Shown here in pieces: positions 20,807 to 32,395 of a stretch of DNA of 64,000 bases. The notes beneath the pieces are model-generated. The model was not told where the DNA came from and searched no databases. It worked only from the letters and a program-made list of their open reading frames with translations. Position 1 is the first letter of the stretch; every line of letters begins with the position of its first letter. The position numbers and the translations under genes were made by a program. The stretch is from Gammaproteobacteria bacterium (lineage in GTDB: Bacteria; Pseudomonadota; Gammaproteobacteria; Eutrophobiales; Eutrophobiaceae): the NCBI GenBank assembly GCA_965261165.1, contig OZ253445.1, positions 1,369,082 to 1,433,081 of the forward strand, given 5' to 3'.

Positions 20807-21610
20807 ATGGCAATTAAAATTGGGGTCTGTGGTGCAGTGGGTAGAATGGGCAAAACCATTCTGGAAGTTTGTAATGAGACAGATAATGTTGAGGTAGGAG
20901 CTGCTATTGAATATAGCGGTTCTTCCATGATTGGTGCTGATGCTGGTGAGCAAGCAGGGATCGGTCAGCTCGGCGTTGCGATCACGGATGATATTTCCAA
21001 AGTAACCGATCAATTTGATGTGCTTATCGATTTTACTGTAGCAACGTCCTTTACAGATAATCTTGAAAAATGTCATGCTGCCAAGAAAAATATGATCATC
21101 GGCACAACAGGGCTTGATGATAATCAAAAAGAATTGATAAACAAAGCAGCTCAGGATATTTCTATTGTTTTTGCGCCAAACATGAGTATTGGTGTGAATC
21201 TTTGTTTAAAGCTCCTGGAAATGGTTGCGCAAGTCATTGGTGGTGATACCGATATTGAAATCATTGAAGCTCATCACAAACACAAAAAAGATGCGCCTTC
21301 AGGCACAGCATTACGCATGGGTGAAGTGATTGCAGATACACTTGGACGTAACCTAAAAGAATGTGCAATTTATGGACGTGACGGCATTACTGGTGAGCGC
21401 GATAAAAATACCATCGGTTTTGAGACCATCCGTGCCGGCGATATTGTTGGTGAACATACTGTTATGTTTGCATCAGCAGGTGAGCGCGTTGAGATTACCC
21501 ACAGAGCAACATCACGTAAAACTTTTGCCTCTGGTGCAGTAAGGGCTGCGCAATGGCTGACGGGTAAAGACAAAGGTTTGTTTGATATGCAAGACGTTTT
21601 GGGTTTCTAG
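20807..21610 (+). CDS. dapB: 4-hydroxy-tetrahydrodipicolinate reductase
   Basis: The 267-aa product contains [16 protein letters not shown] and [15 protein letters not shown]. Confidence 0.9.
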   Translation: MAIKIGVCGAVGRMGKTILEVCNETDNVEVGAAIEYSGSSMIGADAGEQAGIGQLGVAITDDISKVTDQFDVLIDFTVATSFTDNLEKCHAAKKNMIIGTTGLDDNQKELINKAAQDISIVFAPNMSIGVNLCLKLLEMVAQVIGGDTDIEIIEAHHKHKKDAPSGTALRMGEVIADTLGRNLKECAIYGRDGITGERDKNTIGFETIRAGDIVGEHTVMFASAGERVEITHRATSRKTFASGAVRAAQWLTGKDKGLFDMQDVLGF

Positions 21611-21782
21611 AAATAATATTAGAGTTAAGTGACCGAGTGATTAGCGAGACCATGACTTGAGCGAATTGTTATGGTTATTTCTCATTTAATTTTTGATTCT
21701 AATGATTTAATGTCACCAACAACCCATAAGTTTTGAATCTTGTTGCCTTTGAAATGAAATAAGGCCAAACCATTCTTATGGT

Positions 21783-21980
21783 TTGATAGTATCAACCGTG
21801 ATTGCTGCCTCATTCGCATTTATGTTGCCAGTTGCTACATCTCCAAACGCAATTATTTCAGTAGTCGTAATGATGAAAGCGGATATATGGTTAAATCTTC
21901 TGGGTTCTGTATTGATAATATTTTTTGTCATGTTTCTGTTACCTACTGTTGGGGGGGATAGACATACAAGTATTTCCTGA
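21783..21980 (+). pseudogene. C-terminal remnant of an anion permease (ArsB/NhaD/DASS superfamily)
   Basis: Only the last roughly 60 codons are present. They contain the FMLPVATSPNAII signature (LPxATPPNA) typical of the last TM hairpin of DASS/ArsB-type permeases. There is no upstream coding continuation, and the start is a TTG by default. Confidence 0.45.
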
Positions 21981-21993
21981 AATATATGTAATG

Positions 21994-22146
21994 TAGAGAT
22001 CTTTGCGTAATTCACGCTGATTCTACCGAAACAGACAAAATTAAGACTATTCTAATAAACCTTAAAGATTATTCATCCATGTCCTAGGAAAAAGTCCTAG
22101 GAAATAATATCTTAAAAAAACTGCCCAAGGTTGGTTCGCAGATAAA
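21994..22146 (+). repeat. partial copy (copy C, about 150 bp) of noncoding repeat family R3
   Basis: It aligns with 60048..60200, with about 80-85% identity by eye: AGAGAyCTTTGCrTAATyCACrCTrATTCTACCGAAACAG...ACCTTAAAGATTATTCATCCAT...AAAAACTGCCCAAGGTTsGTTCGCAGATA. Confidence 0.7.
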
Positions 22147-22289
22147 GATAATAACTAGAATAAACAATAACCAGAGAGACAATTAAGTGGTTGAACCTAC
22201 CTTGCTGATGGCAATGAGTCATCAGCTTAAATCATTCATCACCTTTAGAGAGGGGAAGGGAATGAACCTACAGTAACAAATACGTTATC

Positions 22290-22438
22290 TGTAGATGTAT
22301 TGTGTCTGAATGCTCGATAATGGATAAGTAATAACTAAAACACGCTCATTGAGGGGTTTTATGCTATTGCTGTGACGATTAAAGGAGAATTCTCGCAAAA
22401 TGAAACTGTTTCATACAAACTTTATAAATTAATGCTAT
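22290..22438 (-). repeat. inverted copy of 150-bp repeat family R2
   Basis: The reverse complement is identical, apart from about one mismatch, to 35850..35987. That sequence reads TTATAAAGTTTGTATGAAACAGTTTCATTTTGCGAGAATTCTCC...CATCTACA and contains the palindrome ATGAAAC-AG-GTTTCAT. Confidence 0.8.
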
Positions 22439-22684
22439 TGCCTATACGTCTTATTCAGTGGTTTTGAATGATGTGAAGGTTTCATGAAGAAAATTTTGCC
22501 TAAGCTTTCAGGAACTATCTTGCTTTAATCGCTTCGACTTTCTTATTCCATTTATCCAAGGCTTTCTGATAATAAACAAAGACGCAATTAACACAGTTGC
22601 GTTGACAACATTCAGATAATTCCGGCTCCCTTGGTTTGAGTGGGAGCCCATTTGAGTTATTAGCCTCTGCGGACATGTCGCCTT

Positions 22685-24079
22685 CTAATTATCCTGTGGT
22701 TCGAACCATGACAGGCTTTCATGTAATTTAACTACCTCACCAATAATTATCATTGTTGGTGGCTTGATATCATGTTGTTTAGGTATTTCAGGCAATGTGC
22801 CTAAATCTCCAATATAAACTTTTTGCTCATGTGTCGTGCCTTGCTGAACCAGTGCCGCAGGCATTGTCTCTGGCAACCCACGTGCAATCAGTCCTCGACA
22901 GAGTACTTTCAAACCGATAATCCCCATATAAACTACGATGGTTTGTTTAGGCTGGATCAAGGTTTTCCAATTCAGATCCATACTGCCATCTTTTAGATGG
23001 CCAGTAATAAACACGCAGGTATGCGCATAATCTCTATGTGTTAACGGGATACCTGCATAACTTGCACAACCAGAAGCAGCAGTGATTCCAGGAATTACCT
23101 GAAAAGGAATATTTTCTGCAGAAAGTAATTCTATTTCTTCTCCGCCTCGACCAAAAATAAAAGGATCCCCGCCTTTAAGTCTCAATACACGTTTGCCTTG
23201 TTTGGCTAAGTCCACTAGAAGCTGGTTAATTTCAGTCTGTGGTAATACATGTTGATCACGTTTCTTGCCCACATAGATACGTTCAGCATCTTTACGACAC
23301 AGATCAATAATCGCTGATGCAACTAATCTATCGTAAAGCACGACCTCGGCCTGTTGCATGAGTCTTAATGCCCTGAAAGTTAACAGATCAGGATCGCCCG
23401 GCCCGGCACCGACCAGATAAACTTCTCCGGCTTTATCAATAACGGCATCTTCTTTCTCTAGTGTTTTCCCTAATGCCTTTAAAGCAGCTTTATCCTGTCC
23501 GGCATAGATCATCTCAGCTACGGGGCCTTGCAAGATATGCTCCCAGAATCTGCGTCGTTCTAACATTTTTGGATAATGTTGCTTTACACGCCCACGAAAT
23601 TTACCCATTAATTGCGCTAATCTACCGTAGGATATGGGTATTAATGTTTCTAACCGCGCACGAAGCAAGCGTGCTAGAACGGGAGATGCGCCTCCAGTCG
23701 AAATTGCGATCTGAACCGGATCGCGATCGACAATAGAAGGCATGATAAAACTGCATAGCTTAGGATTATCAACAACATTGACAGGAATATTTCTCGCTTT
23801 GGCCAGTTCGGAAACTTGTCTATTCACTTCCTGATCATTCGTCGCGGCAATCACCAACATTTTGTCATCAAGCATTTCATCTGAGAATTTTTCTGTGATG
23901 TGAATAATCTCATTACTCTCTGAAAGAGCTTTTAGCTCTTTACAAATTTCTGGTGCAATCACGGTGATATTGGCTTCAGATTTTCGTAACTGTCGAACCT
24001 TGCGTGCAGCGATATCTCCAGCCCCAATTACCAGGCAAGGGCCTACAGTTAAATCGTAAAAGATTGGTAAATATTTCAT
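22685..24079 (-). CDS. cysG: siroheme synthase CysG (uroporphyrinogen-III C-methyltransferase / precorrin-2 dehydrogenase / ferrochelatase)
   Basis: The 464-aa product has an N-terminal NAD-binding domain (VIGAGDIAARKV) and a C-terminal SUMT domain (LVGAGPGDPDLLT, VVYMG). Confidence 0.9.
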   Translation of the reverse strand: MKYLPIFYDLTVGPCLVIGAGDIAARKVRQLRKSEANITVIAPEICKELKALSESNEIIHITEKFSDEMLDDKMLVIAATNDQEVNRQVSELAKARNIPVNVVDNPKLCSFIMPSIVDRDPVQIAISTGGASPVLARLLRARLETLIPISYGRLAQLMGKFRGRVKQHYPKMLERRRFWEHILQGPVAEMIYAGQDKAALKALGKTLEKEDAVIDKAGEVYLVGAGPGDPDLLTFRALRLMQQAEVVLYDRLVASAIIDLCRKDAERIYVGKKRDQHVLPQTEINQLLVDLAKQGKRVLRLKGGDPFIFGRGGEEIELLSAENIPFQVIPGITAASGCASYAGIPLTHRDYAHTCVFITGHLKDGSMDLNWKTLIQPKQTIVVYMGIIGLKVLCRGLIARGLPETMPAALVQQGTTHEQKVYIGDLGTLPEIPKQHDIKPPTMIIIGEVVKLHESLSWFEPQDN

Positions 24080-24126
24080 GGCAACAATGATAAGAGTAAA
24101 ACGCGGAACAAACGAGAATTAGTTTT

Positions 24127-24474
24127 TTATTCTGAAGAATTTCCTGCAATACGACATTTATCCACAGTAATGACAGGCGCTTCCCACGGATGATCAGGAC
24201 GAATCCCTTCTGCGATAATCTGATCTAGGAGTTCTTTGTTTCTGGGTATCAAAAATTTCAATTCAATAGAATCCATTTGGCTTAACTCACCGATAGATCC
24301 AGACGAAGGGTTCGATCCTTCGAGCGGTCTAAACTGTTCAATTCCGGGTGCCGACCACCAAAACCCCTCACTATATTTACTATCATTCTTAGGTAAAACC
24401 TTGGTAATGGAAACAAGTACCGCTTCAAGTTGGGCCGGAGGGACAAAGACTGTAATACGATAAACTTTTTCCAT
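24127..24474 (-). CDS. hypothetical small conserved protein (115 aa), possibly with a CutA/PII-like fold
   Basis: It is a clean ORF. HPWEAPVITV weakly resembles the HPYEVPEI motif of CutA-like proteins. No confident family assignment is possible. Confidence 0.4.
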   Translation of the reverse strand: MEKVYRITVFVPPAQLEAVLVSITKVLPKNDSKYSEGFWWSAPGIEQFRPLEGSNPSSGSIGELSQMDSIELKFLIPRNKELLDQIIAEGIRPDHPWEAPVITVDKCRIAGNSSE

Positions 24475-24780
24475 TTTTCACTTTAGGGTGCTTAACTCTG
24501 TAATCAATCCATTCTAAGTTGTGTTTGCTTAAGTTATCTTCTGTTTGAACCGCTCGGGGTCCGTTGTAATGGTCTTTTTAAAATCTGACTCCAATGATTT
24601 TTCTAACCAATATTAGCTTTTCTCAATGTTCTGCTCTACCCCTTTACCACCTGCAATGTAAAGAACACATAATTTATATGCGGCATGACTACTCCCTAAC
24701 TCTGAAATTATCATTCTCAAAGTGTTCTACTTGAGTTTGCATTAAGAAGAATTATTGGATCTTAATTTTGATTTCATTCC

Positions 24781-25347
24781 CTAAATTTTCGGAAGTGTCA
24801 CGCCAGTCTGTCCCTGATACTTGCCAGCACGATCTTTATACGAGGCTTCACAAACTTCATCAGATTCAAAAAAGATCATCTGTGCGACTCCCTCATTGGC
24901 GTATATCTTTGCTGGTAAAGGAGTCGTGTTAGAAAATTCCAGTGTAACATGACCTTTCCATTCAGGTTCTAGAGGTGTAACGTTCACAATGATCCCACAT
25001 CGTGCGTAAGTTGATTTCCCCAGACAGATAGTCAACACACTTCTTGGAATTCGAAGATATTCAACGGTTCTTGCCAAGGCAAACGAATTGGGCGGTATAA
25101 TACAAACATCTGAATCGATATCAACAAAACTACCTGAGTCAAAATCTTTGGGGTCAACTACTGCCGAATTAATATTGGTAAAAATTCTGAATTCTGTGGC
25201 ACAACGAACATCATAGCCATAGCTGGAAGTGCCATAGGAAACAATTCTGCCCGAACCATTTTCCTTGATCTGTTCTGGTTCAAATGGCCTGATCATGTCT
25301 TCATTTTTTGCCATTCGTCTTATCCAAGAATCACTTTTTATGCTCAT
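24781..25347 (-). CDS. dcd: dCTP deaminase
   Basis: The product is near-colinear with Pseudomonas Dcd (MSIKSD.WIRRMA...SYGYDVRCA...[25 protein letters not shown]). Confidence 0.9.
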   Translation of the reverse strand: MSIKSDSWIRRMAKNEDMIRPFEPEQIKENGSGRIVSYGTSSYGYDVRCATEFRIFTNINSAVVDPKDFDSGSFVDIDSDVCIIPPNSFALARTVEYLRIPRSVLTICLGKSTYARCGIIVNVTPLEPEWKGHVTLEFSNTTPLPAKIYANEGVAQMIFFESDEVCEASYKDRAGKYQGQTGVTLPKI

Positions 25348-25484
25348 AATCTTACTTTCTCTCAGTTTTATATTCATTTATGGCCACCATGGATGGCAGA
25401 AGCACTGGCAACACAGGAGCGATTGCCAGTGCTAATTTTACTGTCAGGTCTTCGTCCCTGTATGTGTATTAATAATTATTTTAA

Positions 25485-26576
25485 TTAATCATTTTCGATC
25501 ACAATCTTTGGGAATTTATTTGAGTAGTCTTTTGCCATCAGTGAAAGTCTTGCCGATGATTTTCTGGCAATCTCACGATAGAGCAAAGAGATATCCGAAT
25601 CAGGTTCCATGACAACAGTCGGCTTGCCTTCGTCTGCCCCTTCGCGAATTCTGATATCTAAAGGTAAAGATCCTAATAGATCCACGCCGTATTGTTTCGA
25701 CATTTTTTCGCCACCGCCCGCACCAAAGATATGTTCCTCATGACCACATTGACTACAAATATGCGTACTCATATTTTCAATAACACCTAAGACAGGCACA
25801 CCAACTTTTCCAAACATGTTATGGGCTTTGCGTGCATCTGATAGGGCGATATCCTGGGGTGTGGTCACAATTATCGCAGCACTCACGGGTATCTTCTGGC
25901 AAAGCGTTAATTGAATATCACCAGTACCAGGTGGAAGATCAATAATCAGATAATCCAGATCCTTCCAATTGGTATCACTTAATAATTGTTCCAATGCACC
26001 TGTCACCATCGGACCGCGCCAGATCATCGGTGTGTCTTCATCAATCAAATAGCCAATCGACATAGATTGAATATCGTAAGATAGTTTGGGTTCGGTAGAT
26101 TTACCATCTGCAGAATCCGGTTTACCACTACATCCCAGCATCTTGGGTTGGCTTGGTCCATAAATATCGGCATCAAGAATACCGACCTTGGCACCTTCTG
26201 CCTGTAATGCCAGCGCCAAATTAACTGATGTAGTTGATTTACCAACTCCCCCCTTACCTGAAGCAATGGCAATGGTATTTTTTATTTCTGGTAATATTTG
26301 CACACCCTTTTGCACCGAATGCGAAGTGATTTTAGTTTCAATTCCTACTGAGACATTGCCTATATCAAGGATACTGCTTAGTTCGTCCTTCAATATCTGA
26401 GTCAAAGCTTCATGATAACCATCGGCAGGGAATCCTAAGGATAATGTCAAATCAACATCAGCACCTTTTATTTCAATATTTCTAATAACTCCTGCGGAGA
26501 CCAGATCTTGTCCTAAACTAGGTTCTATATAGCTTTGCAGCTGTGTTTCTATATTTTCTTGTGTGATTTCAGTCAT
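25485..26576 (-). CDS. apbC: iron-sulfur cluster carrier ATPase ApbC/Mrp
   Basis: The product contains IAIASGKGGVGKSTTSVNLALAL and a CxxC motif (CSQCGHEE). Confidence 0.9.
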   Translation of the reverse strand: MTEITQENIETQLQSYIEPSLGQDLVSAGVIRNIEIKGADVDLTLSLGFPADGYHEALTQILKDELSSILDIGNVSVGIETKITSHSVQKGVQILPEIKNTIAIASGKGGVGKSTTSVNLALALQAEGAKVGILDADIYGPSQPKMLGCSGKPDSADGKSTEPKLSYDIQSMSIGYLIDEDTPMIWRGPMVTGALEQLLSDTNWKDLDYLIIDLPPGTGDIQLTLCQKIPVSAAIIVTTPQDIALSDARKAHNMFGKVGVPVLGVIENMSTHICSQCGHEEHIFGAGGGEKMSKQYGVDLLGSLPLDIRIREGADEGKPTVVMEPDSDISLLYREIARKSSARLSLMAKDYSNKFPKIVIEND

Positions 26577-26719
26577 TCTTTAAACAATCCAGATCCTATT
26601 CATGATTCTTATCATGATGGCGATTCTACCTTTTCGCGTCTTTAGCTTCACCCTTAACCTCAACAATGGTAACTTACCCCGCTATTTTTTATAAAGATTT
26701 ATCTCTAAACGGCCTATTT

Positions 26720-28753
26720 ATGACTGATACGCAAAAAACATTACTGGTGACAAGCGCCCTGCCCTATGCCAATGGGTCAATCCATATGGGACACATGGTG
26801 GAATATATTCAAACAGACATCTGGGTGCGGTTTCAGAAAATGCAGGGACATGATTGTTATTACGTCTGTGCAGATGATGCCCACGGCACACCGATTATGC
26901 TTTGCGCCCAAGAAGAAGGTATCAGTCCTGAGACCTTGATCGAGAAGATCAGTCAAGAACATCAAGCTGATTTTGCTGATTTTTCAATCGCTTTTGACCA
27001 TTTCCATAGTACGCATTCAGAAGAAAATCGTGAACTGTCCTGCATGATTTACGAACGCTTGCGTGATGCTGGTCATATCAAAAAACGCACCATCAAGCAG
27101 GCATTCGACCCTGAAAAGGAAATATTTCTGCCCGACCGATTTATTCGTGGTGAATGCCCAAAATGTGGTGCGATGGATCAGTATGGTGATAATTGTGAGG
27201 TTTGTGGGGCGACTTACAGCCCGACAGAACTGATTAACCCTGTCTCGGTAGTATCTGGTGCGATACCTATCGAAAAAGAATCCGAACATTATTTTTTTAA
27301 ACTGCCTGATTTCGAAGACATGTTGCATGATTGGACACGTGCCGGCCATCTGCAAAAAGAAGTCGCCAATAAACTGGACGAATGGTTTGAAACAGGCCTT
27401 CAGGAATGGGATATTTCCCGAGATGAACCTTATTTCGGTTTTGAAATTCCAGAAGCACCAGGTAAATATTTTTATGTCTGGTTGGATGCGCCAGTTGGTT
27501 ACTTTGCCAGTCTGAAATATCTATGTGAGCAGAAGAATCTGGATTTTGACAGTTTTGTCAAAGAAGACAGCAATATCGAGGTTCATCATTTTATCGGTAA
27601 AGACATCGTCTACTTTCACGCACTTTTCTGGACAGCCATGCTTAAGGGCAGTGGCTTGCGTACGCCTACTTCTATTCATGCCCACGGCTTCCTCACCGTG
27701 AATGGCGAAAAAATGTCAAAATCCAGAGGCACCTTCATTAAGGCACGCACTTATCTGGAGCATCTGGATCCTGAATATCTGAGATATTATTTTGCAGCTA
27801 AATTGGGTAATGGTGTTGATGATATTGATCTCAATATGGAGGATTTTCTGCAGAGGGTAAATTCTGATCTGGTGGGCAAGGTTGTCAATATCGCCAGTCG
27901 TTGTACAGGATTCATTAAAAAACGATTTGCAGGCAAACTTGCAGCAGAGATCCATAAACCTGAATTATTTTCGGAATTTGTCAGTGCGGGAGATAGCATC
28001 GCTTCGGCATATGAGGGGAAAGAATATGCCAAGGCCATGCGTAAAATCATAACTCTGGCCGATAAGGCAAATCAATATATTGATGACAATAAACCCTGGG
28101 TAATTGCCAGACAGGAAAATAGCGACGATGAATTACAAGCCATCTGCACCATGGGTCTGAATCTTTTTCGCCTATTGATTATTTATCTCAAACCAGTGTT
28201 GCCTGTAATGGCAGAAAAGACTGAACAATTTCTGAATGTCGAGACATTTAGCTGGGAAGATAGCCAAACTTCATTATTAGCGCATGAAATAAACAAATTT
28301 AAACCGTTGACAATACGCATAAAACAGGAGCATATCGATGCCATGATAGAAGGAAGCAAAGAAGATTTAAGTCCAGCTACAAGCGCTTCGGAAGAATCTG
28401 GACTATTACATGATGAGCCTATTGCTGACATCATGTCTATCGATGATTTCGCAAAAGTTGATTTAAGAATTGCCAAAATTATTAAGGCTGAACATGTAGA
28501 AGGTGCGGACAAGTTACTTCAATTAACGCTGGATGTCGGTGGTGAAATCCGCAATGTCTTTGCTGGTATTAAATCAGCCTATTCTCCTGAAGACCTTAAA
28601 GGCCGACACACCGTCATGGTAGCCAATCTTGCCCCTCGTAAAATGCGCTTCGGTGTTTCTGAGGGCATGGTACTGGCTGCTGGTCCGGGTGGTAACGATC
28701 TGTTTATTTTAAGCCCGGACGAAGGCGCAATATCTGGTATGAAAGTGAAATGA
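26720..28753 (+). CDS. metG: methionine--tRNA ligase
   Basis: The product contains the HMGH and KMSKS motifs, a CPKC...CEVC zinc knuckle and a C-terminal tRNA-binding (EMAP-like) domain. The start was set at the ATG at 26720 ([19 protein letters not shown]). Confidence 0.9.
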   Translation: MTDTQKTLLVTSALPYANGSIHMGHMVEYIQTDIWVRFQKMQGHDCYYVCADDAHGTPIMLCAQEEGISPETLIEKISQEHQADFADFSIAFDHFHSTHSEENRELSCMIYERLRDAGHIKKRTIKQAFDPEKEIFLPDRFIRGECPKCGAMDQYGDNCEVCGATYSPTELINPVSVVSGAIPIEKESEHYFFKLPDFEDMLHDWTRAGHLQKEVANKLDEWFETGLQEWDISRDEPYFGFEIPEAPGKYFYVWLDAPVGYFASLKYLCEQKNLDFDSFVKEDSNIEVHHFIGKDIVYFHALFWTAMLKGSGLRTPTSIHAHGFLTVNGEKMSKSRGTFIKARTYLEHLDPEYLRYYFAAKLGNGVDDIDLNMEDFLQRVNSDLVGKVVNIASRCTGFIKKRFAGKLAAEIHKPELFSEFVSAGDSIASAYEGKEYAKAMRKIITLADKANQYIDDNKPWVIARQENSDDELQAICTMGLNLFRLLIIYLKPVLPVMAEKTEQFLNVETFSWEDSQTSLLAHEINKFKPLTIRIKQEHIDAMIEGSKEDLSPATSASEESGLLHDEPIADIMSIDDFAKVDLRIAKIIKAEHVEGADKLLQLTLDVGGEIRNVFAGIKSAYSPEDLKGRHTVMVANLAPRKMRFGVSEGMVLAAGPGGNDLFILSPDEGAISGMKVK

Positions 28754-28784
28754 GAATAAAATAGAATCAGAGTAAAATGGACGA

Positions 28785-29354
28785 ATGGAAGAGATCTTTC
28801 TTGTTCTGATTAGTTCTGCTCTGATTAACAACATCGTTGTTGGCCATGTCATCGGCGCTGACCCTGCATTAGTATCAATTCAAAGATGTAATGTCACTCG
28901 CGGTATCTCAAGCATCATGCTCATCCTGTTACCAGTCACAACTGTCATTGCTTCTGCAATGACACGAGTCATACTAATTCCATTACAGCTAGAATATATG
29001 CAAACCTTAGCGTTTGTAATATTGATCATTATATTTGTTTCCGCTCTCAGGATGCAGTCTAAACCTTTAAGCAAATATGGTTCTGAAATTTTTCTACCAC
29101 TTGCCGGTATCAATGCAACTGTGCTTGGTACTCTGCTTCTGAATCAACAGCAAGATAACAATTTATTTTTCTCTTTCATTTTTGGTCTGGGTACGGCAAT
29201 TGGTTTCGCATTCATGCTTGCCTTGTTAAATGCGATTAATACACGGTTGGAAATGGCTGATGTCCCAACACCCTTCAGAGGACTTTCCATTACTCTGATT
29301 ACATTAGGTCTGATTTCGATGGCATTCCTTGGCTTTTTAGGACTTGTGAAATAG
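28785..29354 (+). CDS. rnfA: electron transport complex subunit RnfA/RsxA
   Basis: The 189-aa polytopic product contains ADVPTPFRGLSITLITLGLISMAF, typical of RnfA. Confidence 0.85.
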   Translation: MEEIFLVLISSALINNIVVGHVIGADPALVSIQRCNVTRGISSIMLILLPVTTVIASAMTRVILIPLQLEYMQTLAFVILIIIFVSALRMQSKPLSKYGSEIFLPLAGINATVLGTLLLNQQQDNNLFFSFIFGLGTAIGFAFMLALLNAINTRLEMADVPTPFRGLSITLITLGLISMAFLGFLGLVK

Positions 29355-29843
29355 ATGCTTGCCGTTTTCATCGTTTTTCTACTGGCTCTGATAAATGGCT
29401 TCCTTATTTCCATATCTCCCGAATCAACAGCGCAGAAAAACAAGATAGAAGAAATTCTTTCTGCCTTACCACAAACGCAATGTGGTCAATGTAATTACAT
29501 TGGTTGCCGACCCTACGCAGAGGCCATTATTCAAGGCAAGGCCGATATCAATCAGTGTCCGCCTGGTGGCGCTGCAACGATAAAAACATTAGCTAATTTA
29601 TTGGGTCGCCGGAGCAAACCGCTTAACCCTGAAAATGGTTTGGAAAAAGAAAAACATGTTGCCTTAGTTGATGAAGCACTCTGCATCGGTTGCGTAAAGT
29701 GCATTAAGGTCTGTCCCACGGATGCCATACTCGGTGCTGCCAAACAGATGCATTCTGTTCTTAGCAAAGAATGTACCGGATGTGAGCTTTGTATTGCTCC
29801 CTGCCCAATGGATTGTATCAGTATGCAAGTGGTTACAAGTTAA
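29355..29843 (+). CDS. rnfB: electron transport complex subunit RnfB
   Basis: The product has an N-terminal TM segment, a [12 protein letters not shown] cluster and two 4Fe-4S ferredoxin motifs ([24 protein letters not shown]). Confidence 0.85.
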   Translation: MLAVFIVFLLALINGFLISISPESTAQKNKIEEILSALPQTQCGQCNYIGCRPYAEAIIQGKADINQCPPGGAATIKTLANLLGRRSKPLNPENGLEKEKHVALVDEALCIGCVKCIKVCPTDAILGAAKQMHSVLSKECTGCELCIAPCPMDCISMQVVTS

Positions 29844-29863
29844 GTGAATGAGTAAATAGCAAA

Positions 29864-31375
29864 ATGAACAGGGAAATAGAGAGGGAATTACATTCTTTTC
29901 CAGGCGGACTTGACCTTAGAACCTATAAAAAATTAGCCAATAATAAAGAATCATTAATCACACCGCTTCCAGATAAGATCATCCTGCCATTGCGACAACA
30001 TATCGGCAACCCTTCAGTACCATCACTTAAAATAGGAGATAAAGTTCTTAAAGGGCAAAAAATTGCGCAAGCTGATGGTTACGTCAGTGTCCCTGTACAT
30101 GCCAGTACCTCTGGAAAAATTATTGAAATCAGTACTTGCCCATCCGCACAAAATCAATCGATAAAAACACCCTGCATAATTATCGAGCCAGATGGCAACG
30201 ATACATGGTTTGATATCGAACCCGTTAAAGATTATCTATCAGTAGATCCAGAAAAACTACAGCACTTGATATGCGAAGCAGGCATGGTCGGTATGGGAGG
30301 CGCAGGCTTCCCAGCACATGTAAAACTAAATGAAGGCACCACCACAGAAGTGGATACATTAATCATCAACGGTGTTGAGTGCGAACCATATATCAGTTGT
30401 GACGATAGAATTATTCGAGAGAAAGCCAACTATATCGTTTCAGGAACACGCATGCTGCAACATGCGATTCAAGCAAAACATTGTGTGATTGCCGTTGAAG
30501 AAGATATGCCTGAGGCCTTTGATGCATTGGATGCCTTGGTTGACGACGATATAGAACTGGTAAAAGTCCCTACACGTTACCCTACGGGTGGAGAGAAGCA
30601 ACTCATTAAAGTTTTAACTGATAAAGAAGTCCCCAGTGGCGGTTTGCCGATCCATATTGGTGTAGTTATGCACAATGTAGGGACAGCCGCTTCTGCTTTT
30701 CGGGCTGTCACCCGTGGAGAACCTCTGCTTTCTCGTTACGTCACCGTGTCTGGAGATATTGATAATCCGCGTAATCTACAGGTCCTACTAGGAACGCCTG
30801 TCGAACATTGTCTCAAGCAAGTTGGTTACCAACAATCTGAAGATGGAATCGTGATCATGGGCGGCCCAATGATGGGTAAGCACGTCCATGATATTTCCAT
30901 GCCAGTAATTAAAACCACAAACAGTATTCTTGTTACTTCAGGTCCTATCCATAGCAAAGAGATGCCCTGTATAAATTGTGGACAATGTATTGATGTTTGT
31001 CCTGCAAAACTACTTCCCCAGGAATTATTCGCCTACGCTCGTATGGGAGATATTCAACAAACACAGGAACTACATTTATTTGATTGTATTGAATGTGGTT
31101 GTTGCGCCTATGTCTGCCCAAGTAATATTCCTTTGGTGCAATATTACAGACAGGCAAAAATTGACATTGCCATCCATGAAAAAAAACAGGTTGAATCCAA
31201 TTATGCTCGCTCTCGATTCGAAGCACGGAACAAACGACTGAACCGCGTGGATGATCGTTTTAATAAAAAGAAAACAAATTTTTCTAAGAAGGAGTCAGAT
31301 GGTCTCGCAGATAAGCAATCGTATATTCAGGCAGCTGTCGAACGTATGAAACAAAAACGTAATAAAGATAAGTAA
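29864..31375 (+). CDS. rnfC: electron transport complex subunit RnfC
   Basis: The 503-aa product contains GMVGMGGAGFPAHVKL (an NADH/FMN-binding-like motif) and two ferredoxin motifs (CINCGQCIDVCP, CIECGCCAYVCP). Confidence 0.85.
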   Translation: MNREIERELHSFPGGLDLRTYKKLANNKESLITPLPDKIILPLRQHIGNPSVPSLKIGDKVLKGQKIAQADGYVSVPVHASTSGKIIEISTCPSAQNQSIKTPCIIIEPDGNDTWFDIEPVKDYLSVDPEKLQHLICEAGMVGMGGAGFPAHVKLNEGTTTEVDTLIINGVECEPYISCDDRIIREKANYIVSGTRMLQHAIQAKHCVIAVEEDMPEAFDALDALVDDDIELVKVPTRYPTGGEKQLIKVLTDKEVPSGGLPIHIGVVMHNVGTAASAFRAVTRGEPLLSRYVTVSGDIDNPRNLQVLLGTPVEHCLKQVGYQQSEDGIVIMGGPMMGKHVHDISMPVIKTTNSILVTSGPIHSKEMPCINCGQCIDVCPAKLLPQELFAYARMGDIQQTQELHLFDCIECGCCAYVCPSNIPLVQYYRQAKIDIAIHEKKQVESNYARSRFEARNKRLNRVDDRFNKKKTNFSKKESDGLADKQSYIQAAVERMKQKRNKDK

Positions 31376-31384
31376 ATAAATATC

Positions 31385-32395
31385 ATGGACAAAATAACAT
31401 CACCTCATATTCATTCGCATGCATCAGTTAATGAAGTAATGTGTCAGGTGATATTTGCGCTTATTCCAGGAATTATCGTATCTATATGGTTCTTGGGATG
31501 GGGCATACTTATTCACGGCTTGCTTGCGGTTAGTTTTGCCTTAGCTTTCGAAGCTATTATGTTGATTCTCAGGAAACGTCCGCTTCATGACTTTATATAT
31601 GATGGCAGTGCTATCATTACCGGTTTGTTATTTTCCCTAACTATTACGCCCTTCGCACCCTGGTGGGTCACGTTATCCGGTATTTTTTTTGCTATTGTTA
31701 TTGCAAAACATCTCTATGGCGGGCTTGGCTACAATATTTTCAATCCAGCCATGACTGGCTACATCTTTGTACTGATTTGTTTTCCAGTCGAGTTAAATTA
31801 TTGGCCGTTAATAGATGGAGATAGCAGTTTCATTGATGGCCTGAAAATAATATTCGTCGGCTTGCCTCATGAAACCTTGGATAGTCTAAGTGGGGCAACT
31901 CCGCTAGCATTTACCAAATCTCAAATCAGTGATATGGCCATGCTTTCTGAATTCTCCAACGGCCCCATATTTGGTGTACTAGGAGGCAAAGATTGGGAAT
32001 GGATTGGTATTGCCTTTCTAGCAGGTGGCGTGTGGTTAATAATAAAGGGAATCATTAAATGGCAAATACCTCTGACCTTGATATTCGTTTTATTTGCACT
32101 GAGTTTAATTTTTCATGGCTATGACCCAGAAAGGTATACCTCATCAGCATTCAACCTGTTTACTGGAGGGACATTACTCGCCGCTTTTTTTATTGCAACA
32201 GATCCTGTCACCGCTTCAGCCACACCGCGTGGGAAAATTATCTACGCCATTGGTATCGGCCTATTAACCTATGTTATTAGAACATGGGGAGGCTACCCTG
32301 ATGGGATCGCTTTTGCCGTGCTAATCATGAATGCTGCAGTACCATTTATTGATAATGTTACACGACCCAATGTCTTTGGCAAAACTACATCATGA
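31385..32395 (+). CDS. rnfD: electron transport complex subunit RnfD
   Basis: The 336-aa membrane protein of the NqrB/RnfD family contains FNPAMTGYIFVLI and SGATPL. Confidence 0.85.
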   Translation: MDKITSPHIHSHASVNEVMCQVIFALIPGIIVSIWFLGWGILIHGLLAVSFALAFEAIMLILRKRPLHDFIYDGSAIITGLLFSLTITPFAPWWVTLSGIFFAIVIAKHLYGGLGYNIFNPAMTGYIFVLICFPVELNYWPLIDGDSSFIDGLKIIFVGLPHETLDSLSGATPLAFTKSQISDMAMLSEFSNGPIFGVLGGKDWEWIGIAFLAGGVWLIIKGIIKWQIPLTLIFVLFALSLIFHGYDPERYTSSAFNLFTGGTLLAAFFIATDPVTASATPRGKIIYAIGIGLLTYVIRTWGGYPDGIAFAVLIMNAAVPFIDNVTRPNVFGKTTS

